Source: Ramazzottius varieornatus
Taxonomy: Eukaryota > Animalia > Tardigrada
Reading direction: 5' to 3'
NCBI GenBank assembly: GCA_001949185.1
Contig: BDGG01000002.1
Coordinates: forward strand, 4,268,448 to 4,332,447
DNA: 64,000 nt
Positions 51,656 through 63,956 of this stretch are shown one piece after another; position 1 is the stretch's first letter; each line of letters begins with the position of its first letter. A program made the position numbers and the translations under genes. The notes beneath the pieces were generated by a model, which saw nothing but the letters and a program-made list of their open reading frames with translations, ran no database searches and was not told the origin of the DNA.

Positions 51656-52111
51656 TACTGTATTCTCTCCAGTAATTTCCCTACGTCACAGGCGATACTT
51701 TTGTTGAAGAGTTTGCGAAGCGAATAGGCAGCTTTCGCTCCAAGTCAGTTTACTACGTCATTTTAAACAAAAATTTGCACAGCAAAAACGAAACAATCAC
51801 AATGAAACACAAGTTTTAAGAGGTAAAATCAACACTACACTGCAGTATCTACAACACATTGTCATCGGAACGAAAAGTACAATGCGAATCGGCGGATATG
51901 AATTGTCTGAGGGATACGAAGAAGCCTTCTGTTGAACATCTGATTAATCTTTGTTTGAAACTAAATACACGCTTGCGATTGATTGCATGTCCTTGACTGA
52001 GTCTAACGACGACACGGTTTTGCCACTGTGGCAGATACCGCAATTTCACTCTTGCATTATTTGTCAAAACCGTTCGAGTGACGTAGGGAAATCACCGGAG
52101 AGAATACAGTA
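51656..52111. mobile_element. TA-flanked MITE with 34-bp TIRs
   Basis: TACTGTATTCTCTCCAGTAATTTCCCTACGTCAC / GTGACGTAGGGAAATCACCGGAGAGAATACAGTA (32 of 34 match). Confidence 0.85.
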
Positions 52112-52121
52112 GTGGTTTGTG

Positions 52122-52762
52122 TATGGGCGGCCATCGCCGCCATAAGTCGTTTTCTAGTTTGACAGGTATCTCTGTCAAGTTCCAACATTTGCTTGATATG
52201 GTGTCACGCATTGTATGATATGGGGGCTCGCAGAGTCAAGTTCGGTGGCAGCTAGATTTACCGCGTTCCCCACATTTGTATGATATGGTGCCCACGATAT
52301 CGAACAAATCTTTAAACTCGCCCAAAGTACGTGTCATGATATGTATACACTTTGGGAAAAGTCTGGGCTGCAAGCAATTTGGTAATGTACTACCTTTCCC
52401 AAATTNNNNNNNNNNNNNNNNNNNNNNNNNNNNNNNNNNNNNNNNNNNNNNNNNNNNNNNNNNNNNNNNNNNNNNNNNNNNNNNNNNNNNNNNNNNNNNN
52501 NNNNNNNNNNNNNNNNNNNNNNNNNNNNNNNNNNNNNNNNNNNNNNNNNNNNNNNNNNNNNNNNNNNNNNNNNNNNNNNNNNNNNNNNNNNNNNNNNNNN
52601 NNNNNNNNNNNNNNNNNNNNNNNNNNNNNNNNNNNNNNNNNNNNNNNNNNNNNNNNNNNNNNNNNNNNNNNNNNNNNNNNNNNNNNNNNNNNNNNNNNNN
52701 NNNNNNNNNNNNNNNNNNNNNNNNNNNNNNNNNNNNNNNNNNNNNNNNNATGGCCGCCCATA
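52122..52762. mobile_element. IS3EU-like DNA transposon (TATGG...CCATA termini, 6-bp TSD) spanning an N gap
   Basis: TATGGGCGGCCAT / ATGGCCGCCCATA; TTTGTG at 52116-21 and 52763-68. Confidence 0.75.
52406..52749. other. Assembly gap (N run)
   Basis: Run of n. Confidence 0.99.
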
Positions 52763-53227
52763 TTTGTGCGTGACGTCAGTGCGAGTTTGTGGCTTTACGT
52801 GCTCCGTCATTAAACAAACCAGGGTGCAATTCGGCGGATTTATCACAAATCTATCAGCGGAGTAGGTATATTACGCAAGAATGTTCTACAGCCCACACAA
52901 AAGAGCGCGATCAGAAGGGCCGTCCTGTTGTATATGTAACCTAATGTGTTTGCCTTCCTTCTGCCCAGGAATACTAATTTGTCATCATTCTCTTCCATCT
53001 TCCGCGTTAAGCGCAGAGAGCTTTCCAACACGGCGGAATGTGTGCGACCGTATCCTAATTCTTTGACCAGCTGCTTATTTGCATAATAATTACGGTACGT
53101 CGGGTTATTATAATATTCCAGGAACCCCGACCCTTTTTCCATCCGCACACAACAGACGGCGCTCTTTGTAAGAAATTTTCTGATTGGAAAGCCGTCATCC
53201 ACTCTAGAGAGGAACCGAGAGCTGGGC

Positions 53228-53310
53228 AAACGAAATGAACGAAATGTGTTATCTCAAGTGGCGCATGTGTCCTGTTGCCACCGAATAGCACTGTGCGGCA
53301 CTCAATCTTG
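53228..53310. repeat. Family A palindrome upstream of the NPF receptor
   Basis: CAAGTGGCGCAT-N26-GTGCGGCACT. Confidence 0.7.
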
Positions 53311-54191
53311 TGCATTCGTTTGTCCAGCACCGAATTGCCTTTTTTATTTCCGTCGTCAATCTTTTAGGACTCTGTTGGTGAGGTTAGACTGCTACTGACT
53401 AAAGTCGTAGGTCTGTGGCCTTGCTGACAACACACATAACCTGGCACCGGGAGTGCGAAATTATATTGTCGGTGAGCTACTCGTGAATACCGAGGATCGA
53501 GCCTGAATGCTTCGCGTTTAGCACATCGTGCAGACAGAGACTCGTCCTTCACCAGGATGTGGAGTAAACTCTTCTGACAGAAAGATGGATGTGTGTTGAT
53601 TTTTCCTAAAAGCAAAATTTCACACCATCTGGAAAAAATGTGAGTATAATATTCGTATGCGATTTTCAGAGGCGTAAGTCTGGGTTAAGTATCGTGACGC
53701 ACGGATAGCCGGAAGGACCAGGTTCACTTCCGTATCGATGGATGTTCTTCTTCCCGTCTTCCTCCATTTTTCATGGGTCAGCTGCACGTCTTTAATAGCA
53801 TCATTTTCATTCAGGTTTCTGGAGTCAAAGCGGTTCTAAGAGATACACGCGTGTCTGTGCAAATAAGGCCTATCAATTTTCACCGGCGCAGATTCACACC
53901 TTAGAAACAAGCGCGTCATCGAGAATATCAGATGCGTGACTATCGTGGATACTTCCTTCCTTCCTTCACGGCAAACGGAAAAATCATTACGGGGTGATGG
54001 GATGAGATTACAGCATTATGACCTATATAGGCTAGTAGGCAGGAACCGCGCTTGAAAATGTGGATCGAATAAGATGACCGAGCGTGAGATTCAATTAGTA
54101 ACGATTGATAGGAAAGATGCACAGCGGTTATAAGTGCAAGGTTCCTATGCAGCCAAAAGAAAGAAAATGAGACGTCGGGAAATGAATTTCT

Positions 54192-54262
54192 CCAGATCGT
54201 TTTTCTAAGTGGTGCACGCCTTCTGCCAATAGCGATGAAACGTGCGCCACTTGCGGTATGGA
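54192..54262. repeat. Family A palindrome upstream of the NPF receptor
   Basis: AAGTGGTGCAC-N24-GTGCGCCACTT. Confidence 0.85.
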
Positions 54263-55756
54263 TTGGATGAAATCCTTTGCCGACGTTCCGTATACAAGTT
54301 CTAAACAAGATAACTTCCTAGCTGACAACTTACGTCTTATCGTTTCGAACCACATGACAAAAAGTGGATTGATATGTCAGTTTGATATAGATCGAAGATA
54401 AAGTCCGCGGTCTTTGGGTGTCGATCAGCCGCGCTGCCGAAGAACATTAATGGCTCCTCATCGGATCCAGGACGAACGGGTCAAAATTTTTCCGGTGCGT
54501 ACGTTGGCCAGTTCTTTTCGCGTTTTGACCATAAGCGAAAATTCGTCCAAAAAATTAGAATCGGAGACATTTCGAAGTTCCTCGCGAGGGTTAGACAGGC
54601 TTCCTTCAGTTCACCGAAGAGGAACACACCTTGGTGCGGGCGTTGGCTCACCGGAAGCGGAATGCGTGCGCTTCCCGTAGTTCGAGCTTATCTTCACTTG
54701 CTAATTGTGACGCTGCACGGCTTCATCCTTGCGATACGCTCACGTGCCGAGCTTCCTGCCTGCCCGGGTTACGTCCCAGGAAATAGCAGGGACACCTCTC
54801 GCCATACGGCTGCATGCGTGCAGACGCTCGGTATCAGGGTCCATAACTTGGGTATTGTATCTGTTCGAACTGTTAGTGCATCGCAAGGATCATCGGATGA
54901 AACTTGCCACGAGGTGCAGAGTTTTGAGGTCTTCACTTGAGAAAGTGAATTTGTGACCTTTGAAGCGACTTTGTGTAAGCGGGATTATCTTATCGTATCA
55001 TCGATCTGCGAGTCCAAGCAACGTTACTCTTTTTTGTGGTGGTTTCCGTGAACCCCGCGGGCTCGAACCTTGCTGCGTTATATTTGTGTTCGTACTGGCA
55101 ATTATTCTGCACGACTGTCAAATGTCGCTTTATAGTGTCAAAGGAGAATAGCGCAACACTGGGCCCAACCTCTTCCGGTAGACTTCGACAAAATTTCTTA
55201 CAGGCGGACTCTTTCATATGTGGCGGTAAATTTGGGGAGCACGTTTTTCAGCGGGAACTTGACTGCGATGGTTAGCCAGTCGTAGGGCTGGTTCGAGTCA
55301 TGCAGTAAACAGGTTGGTCGAAGCGATCACATCATCATCTCGTTGAGGAATTATGGCAATGGTAGCTCAAGTTGAAAGTGCCCTTATGCCAGCTACTGTA
55401 TTACGACCTAGCTTCGCAGTATCGACCAGGCTATTGAAACCTCCCGAGAGAGTCACTTCCGCATTGCTGGGTTTTCCTTTATTGGACCTGCTAACATCCC
55501 AGTTGTACAAAGCAGCACCGTTTATGATTCAAAATGGCACCGCACAAAAGCCATACCAACCGCTTAATTCCGTCCTGTAAACAGTCGGCTACTGAAAGCG
55601 CAAGTGTTTTGCCAGTAAACCTCTGAACAGTAGCGAATCTCTCTTATTGTTACAGACCCGGAAGTTCTACGGAAGGGAAAACCCATACTCAAAGGTCAAA
55701 GCACTGTGTCGACCACTTTGTTTCGAATCCATCTCGAAGCTTTCGGCACCAGGAAG

Positions 55757-58032
55757 ATGTCGTCGAAACTGGATCGTTATGTACCACTGGACAGTACGTC
55801 TCTAGAGCGGGCTGGCGACATGATGGAACTTACAGAAGACGGTCTCCATGTGCGAATCCAAGGACTGGTAAGGTCCACACGTGACCAAAGCATTTCGACC
55901 TAAGTACCTTGGCAAGCAACTCGGCAAGATCATTTTACTAAGTGGCGTACGCTTCTGGCCAATAACTTCGATAGTGTGCGCCACTTGGGAAATAATCGTG
56001 TCACGTCGTCTATTTAAGCGGCGCATGCTGCCATCCAGTAACGTGGCGAACACGCGCCACTTGAGAAAGCAACCTCGTCCAGCTTGTGTGAGACTCGCAC
56101 AGTGTGAGCACCTGGTTCACACATGCAGTTTTTTGTTGCCGTTCGAATTTTATCTATATGATTCTTCGTTAGATGGACTGGTGAAGTTTAATGAACTTGA
56201 TCATATTGATTATTTTGTTTGGATTGTAGAATGGGACATACGCTGTCGAGGACCTGATACCCAGTGCTCAAGGACTACACGAGTCCCTCGGAGAAAGTCA
56301 AGTCGTTGTGGTGGTAGTGTTTTACATCTTTGTATCCGTCATTGGCGCTCTCGGCAATGGCCTGGTCCTGTTCACCGTCCTTTCGCGTCCAAAGATGCGC
56401 ATGATGCGCCATGTCTTCATCTCAAACCTCGCCGTTTCTGACTTTATCCTGTGTGCCATCACGACGCCTTTTACTTTGGTAGGTGACGACGGTTCATTTA
56501 TGCTAGGCCAACTTGGGCTCGTGTTGAGAGGTGTCACGCCCGAAAGAGCTGCTTTGCCCAGAGTTCTTTGGCTAATCCCCGCTTCTGGCATGTGCTCAAA
56601 ACGACAAGGGAAGCTTGACAAGCCTGGAAATGAATGATTCACTTAAGCAAAAAATGTCCTGTTAATCGCTTTAGTGCACTCAATATTTGTTGGCCTGAAG
56701 GTCAATCAAGCGGCCTTCGGGGTTGGGCATCGATCCACAACAAAACCTGACATGACAGAAACACATCCATCTAACTTGATTAATTATTTTGAGGATAACT
56801 TTCTGAGCGCCTCGTTGTGACGCGTCAAGTTTTTTTAGCTTGTCATTTGAGGATCATCAAAAATTTCTATAGTCATTATGAGCAGCGACAGGCATAAATA
56901 AAGTGGGATCGTCATTAGGGTCGGCTGGGCAAGAACAAATTTATTTCTCCATAAATGGGACGTCGGCGAATGAAGTGCACATGGCCAATTATCTCTAGTG
57001 GCGCACTTTTCCATGTTACTGGCCATAAGTCTGCGCCACTTGGGATAACGGTTGTGCTCAAGTCATTTGGCGACGTCCCAAATGCTGATCACGCTCAGTA
57101 CTCCATATGATACATGTTTTGTACTTTTGCAGTTGGAGGTTCTCGGAAGTCCCATTGGAACTCTTGGCATCATGTGCCAGATTATACCAGCACTTCAAGC
57201 CACCAGCGTGTACGTCTCCACCCTCAGCATCACCGCCATCGCGCTCGAACGCTACAAAGTCATCGTTTACTCCGTCAACTCCACGTCCAGCCGCAAACTG
57301 CTGATGGGATTGCTGGTGGGGTTCATCTGGTTCTTGTCGTTGGCTCTGTCCATGCCGTTCATCGTCTTTCGAACTCGAGTGGCTTTCGGCATTCCCAAGA
57401 TCCGCCTGACGTACAAGTGCACGGAAGTGTGGCCCGTTCCCTATGGCCGCGCCCTCTACAGCATCTTCTGCATGGTTTTTCAATACTGTATGCCCAGTTT
57501 CATCATTGGTGCCGCCCATATTCGCATCGTTCTGAAGCTCCAGCGAAGATACATGAACCGGGAAGAACAGACGCAGGGACCTCACAGCAGCAACGGTCAT
57601 AGTTCTCATGTCGACGAGTCAGAAGTGATGGAAGTGCTCAGAGGGCGAAGGAAGAAGCAACGACGCCGCCAAGCTCGCACTAACCAACTCCTGCTGCTCA
57701 TCTCAATCATTTTCGCCTTGTGTTGGTTACCGCTGAATGTAATCAATATTGTGGCGGACTTCAGCACGGACTCGTACACGGAGCATCGAACCCTATTCGA
57801 TGTCCTCTTCGTGGGTTCCCATCTCTTCGCCATGAGTTCGGCAGTGGCGAACCCGATTTTGTATGGATTCCTGAATGAGAATTTCAGAAGAGAATTCAAG
57901 GTGATTTTTCTGTACTGGCTACGCTGCATTTTCTGCGGGAAGACGTTTGGATTCGATAAGCCATCCGAGGTGAAAAGAGGACCGCAAACGCTAGCCAGTT
58001 CGCGCCATCATGCAGAGCTCACAGTTTTGTGA
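55757..58032 (+). CDS. Neuropeptide F / NPY-like class A GPCR; exons about 55757-55867, 56230-56478, 57133-58032
   Basis: GNGLV, NLAVSD, TPFTL, ATSVYVSTLSITAIALERY, CTEVWP, FALCWLPLN, HLFAMSSAVANPILYGFLNENFRREF. Confidence 0.88.
55922..56080. repeat. Family A palindrome, tandem pair, in NPF receptor intron
   Basis: AAGTGGCGTAC-N25-GTGCGCCACTT and AAGCGGCGCAT-N25-ACGCGCCACTT. Confidence 0.85.
56983..57052. repeat. Family A palindrome in NPF receptor intron
   Basis: AGTGGCGCAC-N24-CTGCGCCACT. Confidence 0.8.
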
Positions 58033-58699
58033 AACTGCGGAGAAGGACTCAGGCTTCGACAATGCCTCTAACAGTTTTTTGTAACCCTCACTAGGCCTGC
58101 GGCTCCTTTAGCCAGTAGTTTCTAGCACATTTGACGACTCTTTACCTGATTTTTAGCTCACTGAATGCTTTTCCGTTCCTGTGTATCAGCAGTTACTCTG
58201 ACTAACATATACACGGCGCAAAATACTTTTCGAATTTTTACTGTAGCAATGATGGCTGTTCAACTTCCCGGCAGACTATTTAATTGTGTGCTCACTTTCG
58301 CTAGCGCAGATAGAGTGAGAACGATGACAGTAGGTTGCGATCGCGAGAAAACACAACAATTGTGATTATGTAACTTCAAGTGATGACCATGATTATGGTA
58401 TCAGTATCACGGTCCAAATTTCGTTCTGAACGATAGACTGTAAATTCAAAGTCATAGCGATAGCCTTCACAATGGGTTTCCGTGTCGGGCCAAAGTCTTA
58501 CTCCACCGATGCAATACCACGCAATTCACTGGAATAAAGGTACAGTACGCGGATAGTTCGTAAGAATATTTTTTCGATTTGTGTAGCTCGATGAATGCTG
58601 CGAGCTTCTGTGGCTGTTGGGAGTTTCCCTTCTGACATGATTGGCTTCTTGACGGAAAAAGCTAAGGAGCATTAATATTTCACAGAACAGCAGAAGTTA

Positions 58700-59620
58700 T
58701 GGCTCATCTATTCCAGCTACCTCTGCTGGGATGTCTTCTTTTCGTGCGTTTAAACGGAATCCACCACAGCTTTCCGACTGGGCCAAGAAATCTGGTAGAA
58801 TGAAATCTGGCAGAATCAGTGCTGCATTACACCGCAATTAAGCTTGGACTCTCACAAGCGACGTACATTTGCTGCAACTAAGAAGCCTTCCACAAGCCAA
58901 CTTGAAGTGTTCCATCTGGAATACACACCCAATGCAAAGAGTAAAACGGGACGTGAGCAGGTCGTGGCTCCGCCATTTCCTATACTTTAACACTATCTAT
59001 CGGAGCTGCAAAAGGCTGGGAATTTTCATTTGGTGTTCAGAGCAATGCGAAGAAGGCGAACCCGGGAACCACATCACCAACTTCCTCGCCGCGTATCACG
59101 ATCGTCAGAAGTAACAATGGGGTACCTTGTCCGATGTCTTCTCTGCGGGATTCATGACTATACTGCTTCTACTTTACGCTGGGTAATCATTGAGCAAGCC
59201 AATTAGAAGAATTGGCAAACGACTCGTAATACGTGGGTCGTCGGGAATATGCAGCGCATCCACCACGATCCAGCCAATTTTCCAAATGCCGACCAGTTTC
59301 GGCCCGAGCGCTTCCTCAATGCGGACCATTCTCGAATCGTCAACACGGAATGTCTCGTGCCGTTCTCGATAGGTTAACAAGAGAAATATGACGCTCAGTT
59401 AGTGGTGGCTCTCCAACGTCGATGTTTTCAGGAAGACGCAGCTGTCCAGGGGAAGCGTTGGCCAAGATGGAGTCCTTTCCTCTCTTTGCAGGACTGTTGC
59501 TGAAGTTTCGCTTCCAGTTCGCTCCCGAAACGACGGCTGATCCGCAACAGCGAGGTGGAATCACTGTAGATAACCCAACCATATCTAGTTTCTGCCAATT
59601 TTCGCCACGCATAAACGCTA
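58700..59620 (+). pseudogene. Decayed unprocessed CYP2-clan cytochrome P450 pseudogene
   Basis: Fragments LPLLG..., SDWAKKSG, WLRHF, DVFSAGF...STLRW, HHDPANFPNADQFRPERFL, PFSI/GRRSCPGEALAKME (heme motif split by a phase-1 intron); stops, frameshifts and large deletions. Confidence 0.8.
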
Positions 59621-62600
59621 TAGTGGTTCGAGTTCGTACCCAAAAGCCTCTAAAGATTACTGTACGGGCTGTATCATGGTTCCAGTCTTTCCTAATGCAA
59701 TTTTTATAAAAGTTTTATCTTTCGCTGTTCGTATTACTACAACAGATTCATGTACAGAAAGGTGATAGCGTTTAGACGAAACTGAAAGAATCCATCAGCT
59801 TCGTAGCTAGGTATGCCAATTCAAAGTTTTGATATCACAACTCAAGCTTGCATAAACGTGAGTGCCGCCAGCTGCCGAAGAACCCGCAAGGCGCCACCTA
59901 TTGAACGCAGAAGGCTGTATCAGATGGCGCCATCTACTGTGCTTGTTGAGAACTGCTTTGCCGTTCTCACGATTGCCGGCATGTAGGCGAACTTCCAAAC
60001 ACAGCTAAAAATACTCTGGCGCTTGCACGGCTTGTAACCATGGTCAGGAGTAGTTGTCTTCCATAGCACGGTACCAAATTACGGCAGCTCAGCCTTCCTT
60101 GACAGTCATACCGGGTAAGGGTTCCGCTGCGTGCGTCTGAAACGTTCCAACCAGCGCGATGTCATGGAGGCGTGCCTTAACTTGGTGCGCCTACCAAAGC
60201 GACCACTTGCGAAGTGTGCAAACGCCATAACTGGACAAAGACCACGTGGGTCACCCATGCTTAAATGCGCACATTTGTAGCCAGTCACATGGTACATTCA
60301 ACTCCCTGGTACTCCCTGCTACTCGCTGGAGTCTATACGCTTAACTTGATGTAGAATGCAGATGATCATCCCGCGTGTATCACGTCGGTAACATACAATG
60401 CTCCGGACCAAGTGACTGCGCCATGTCATCATAACATAACGTGGCATTGTTATGATGTAGGGGGTTGTACACGTACGTACAGCCTGCACCGATTAGTACT
60501 GCTGCTGCAGCCCGGTAATCGGATCCACACAGCAGCCGTGTCCTTCTTAGTGTTGTGGTCGACATTTGTAGCGTAAAGTCACTACAGTCATTCGGAAGGA
60601 AAAAGTCAAACTGTTAGACTTTGAAAAGTTTCATGTTCCTTTGATGGTCTTCACGAGCAACTATGCGTCCCCAGCCTCCACCAGAAGATCCACGGATACT
60701 TGAAAACCGTTCAACGCGACGTTTACCTGCGCCACGATAAATACTTGTCCAGGTTTGTTACCCTCTTTTTCAAATGCCAATGGACACGTTGGTAACGTTT
60801 TGCTTTTCAGGTGGATTTCGGGATCAGGCACACACCCTTTGGAATTATTGCACTGAACTTTGGCAGCTTTGCAATATTTACCAATGGAATATACGAAATT
60901 TTGGCTTTGCCTTCTTTGCGCAGGTAAATTTTGTCCAGTATGTTGTCTATATGAAAACCTGTTTTGCGGCATATTTTAGAAGGGGTACGACTGTGACAGG
61001 AAGCAGTGGGCGGTGTGCACCAGCTTTAGGGACGATTAAGGAGGCAGCTGCGGGGAAAGTTGATGAATGTGAAGCGCTCCTGCTGCGGTTGTAATGATTT
61101 TTTTATCAATTGGCTATACGGTTCAGCGAGTTTCCAGTCAAGAATTTGCTGGCTAATTTTAGTGAGAAGAGCAATCTTTGGAAAGCAAGAGCCAAGTTTT
61201 TCCCCAAGTTTTATGATACGGATGATGAGTGAGTCATCAGGGTCGAGATGGATCGCTCTTCTCGGCATAATTCCATCACCATGATGTGACTGAGCACATT
61301 CTGACAAATTACCAGCTGCCATTACGTGATTAACTCAAGTTGTGCCGTCACTATTCATGTCAGCTGAGAGCTTTTTCCGATAGAAGCAGCAGAAAAATGT
61401 CTTTGACAAAATGGGGAAGTTTAAGCTCGAGCAGGGAAAAGTGTAGCGAGTGGCCCAGTTTGAAATGCATTCAGTCATAATTAATAAAGATGGGCGGTGG
61501 TGGGGTGTGGGGTGTTTCACCGTAACGACACCCTGAATAATTACTGGGCTTTGCAAACCTTCAAATTAACACCGCGGAGGATCATACGTCAGCCGTTGTT
61601 GAATTTTACGTATGACCAACGGCTACCCGTTGTTTCAATGACGTATGGTAGGCCGTGCGGCCAGAAAGGTGTGATGGTCAATGTGCATGGTGGGTCCTAT
61701 GGTTCAAGATGATCGAATGGCTGGCCCGCTGAATGGGTGGGTTTTCCTGTGTTTCCTGGTGAATGGGCTGTTTCCCAAATGAGTTTTGATAGTAGGCCAA
61801 AAGGCAAAGGTACGTAGGTTTATCCATTGATATTGTAGTTTGTTGCGTTTTGTTTCAAATTGTCCATTAAATCTGGTGGAACGCGTTCAGCCACGAAAAC
61901 ACGGTACTAAACCTGAAGAATCGGTTTACACAGATGGACTGTCCATTTCTTTTTCATTTTGTATTGGCATCACTTTTGCACGCTGTTGAAGAGATCGTTT
62001 AAGTGAAAAATTGTGACTCACATTACCACGAAATGAAAAATCAAAGTGTGCATGGTCGCTGAATGAGTGTGACTTGCGGATTGTGCAGACCGTTTCGGCG
62101 CGCTCGGCCCGCCGTGCTTGATTGGTTGGCTGGCTGGGTGTCGACCAATCAGGTGTGTCAAATGGCCGAGTTAGCCATTGAACTGCCGCTGCGCAAACAC
62201 GGGTCATTTTCATTGTGCACCTGCCAACAGATGTACCCTGTACCGTCCCATGGTTCCACCGTTCTATTATCCAACGACCAGTTTGCTTCACCAGACACTC
62301 TCTGCTTCAGCAAAATGTAGAGAAAACATCAGAGAATATCGCAATGGTCGTTTTGCCTGAAATTTAACGTTTGATTGATCAGTTCCACAGTGATTGACTT
62401 GACCGTTGGCTATTCATTCGATCAGGTGATGGAAGGGGAAAATTGATTGAATGGTTCGTTCCACGTGGTTTTTCTGCCAGTTGAGAGACGAGATTGGCCA
62501 CATGGCACGAATAGTGTGGACTGGTATTGAACAAGTGTTCGGGCACGGCCTGACTGCGACCTCGGTGTGGGCGTGGCACGCCCGTATGTCTAGTTTTTTA

Positions 62601-62889
62601 CTGGACGGCGTTCGCTGTGGGCTGCGGGCCCACTGCAAGTGACGCACGGATGCTCTTACGCAGCGAACGCTGATGCGCGTATCGTCCAGCTGCGATATGG
62701 ATTATCGGAAAAGCAGTTTGCAGCGCACGTGATGATTGCCTGAATAGCAGGCGAAAGAGTGTAGTAGAGTCTTTTTGGACTTGTTCAAACGTTTCTCTGA
62801 TTGATTTTTCTCCCTCAAGGAGGCCTGGATGATACTCGTCGGCTTCCTCCTGACTCGAATTCTTTGATCGTTGAAGAATAAGCTGAAAG

Positions 62890-63909
62890 ATGGGGACGTT
62901 AACAGTGATGTGTCTCATTTCAGTGGCGCAACTGATGCTTCTCGTGTCGTTGGCCAATGGACTAACCTGCGACTCTTATGAGGAAGGAGTATGCAAGAAT
63001 CGGGATCCGGAAGATGTCAACGATTCGTCCTGTCGCGTGGTCAGCAAGTACTGCGATCCACTGCAGGGAACAGCGCGATGCTTTGCCATGTATTCGAATC
63101 GTTCCAAGGTAAGGAGTTTGGCTGTCGTATGTCTGGATATTGTGCAAATGTGTGGCTGTTGTGTTGCAGGGAATCGTGCTGCAGTCGGCTGATTGTTGGT
63201 ACAGTCATCCCAACTGCGAACGTGATAGCTGCATCTCTTCCAAGGCGTTCCCTAACAGGAAAGGCGACGCGGAGTTTATGTCGCATTTCTGCTGCTGTAA
63301 TGGCAATAACTGCAACAGGTAAACTAGGGAAAATCTGTATACTCTGATGTACAACTTGAAAGACGTAAAGCTGAAACAAACATGATGATTTCGATGTTGC
63401 TGATCCACCGTCGGTCTCTTCTGACTCTAGTAAATTATGGTTTACTCTGAACGAAACGCGCTCCGAGATTATTCTCGGCCACAAAGCACAGCCGGATGTG
63501 GACGATCCTCCGCCACCACCTCCTGTCGCAACCAGCACACTTCCCCCTCCTCCTCTTCCTCCGCTTGTTTCTACTGCATCTTCCGCGAAGGGGTCCCAGC
63601 AAAAGCAGAAAGAGGACGAAGGTTCGGCTTAAAAATGACAGGGATGTCTGAATGTGGAACAGAGAGACTGGTGCTGTGGATTCTTCCTCCCGGCAAAGGC
63701 CTCTTGTCATTCTGCGCGAGTGATAAACACTGAGCTCGTCATTGCAGGTCCTTCCGACAGCAGCGCTTACGTGCTGATCTCCGTTGTGGTGGTGGTCTGC
63801 ATCGCCTTCGTCACAGTTTCCTTGTTGGTGATTTACCGTTGCTTCAACCAGGCAACGCCAGACCTGAAGAAGCACGCACATGAGGACCCGGAAAGCGCGC
63901 TGATGATGG
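62890..63909 (+). CDS. TGF-beta family type II receptor (activin receptor type II / punt-like), 5' partial
   Basis: Signal peptide, Cys-rich ectodomain ending FCCCNGNNCN, Pro-rich stalk and TM exon; the kinase domain would lie beyond the window. Confidence 0.72.
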
Positions 63910-63956
63910 TGGGTAAAATATTGTGGTTCTGCTTTATAGAACTGGATATTTCGAAC

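Noticed and set aside
52276-52846. ORFs containing poly-X
   Set aside because: Artefacts of translating through the N gap.
55040-55075. GGTTCGAG B-box-like motifs (also near 48240 and 55290)
   Set aside because: No cloverleaf or matching A box, so not called tRNA or SINE.
57058-57929. Long antisense and alternative-frame ORFs over the NPF receptor, and similar ones over HEXIM and KIAA2013
   Set aside because: Shadows of codon bias in real exons; many start at non-ATG codons.
60774-61094. Exon-like segments with splice signals
   Set aside because: No frame gives a recognisable protein and I could not build a gene model.
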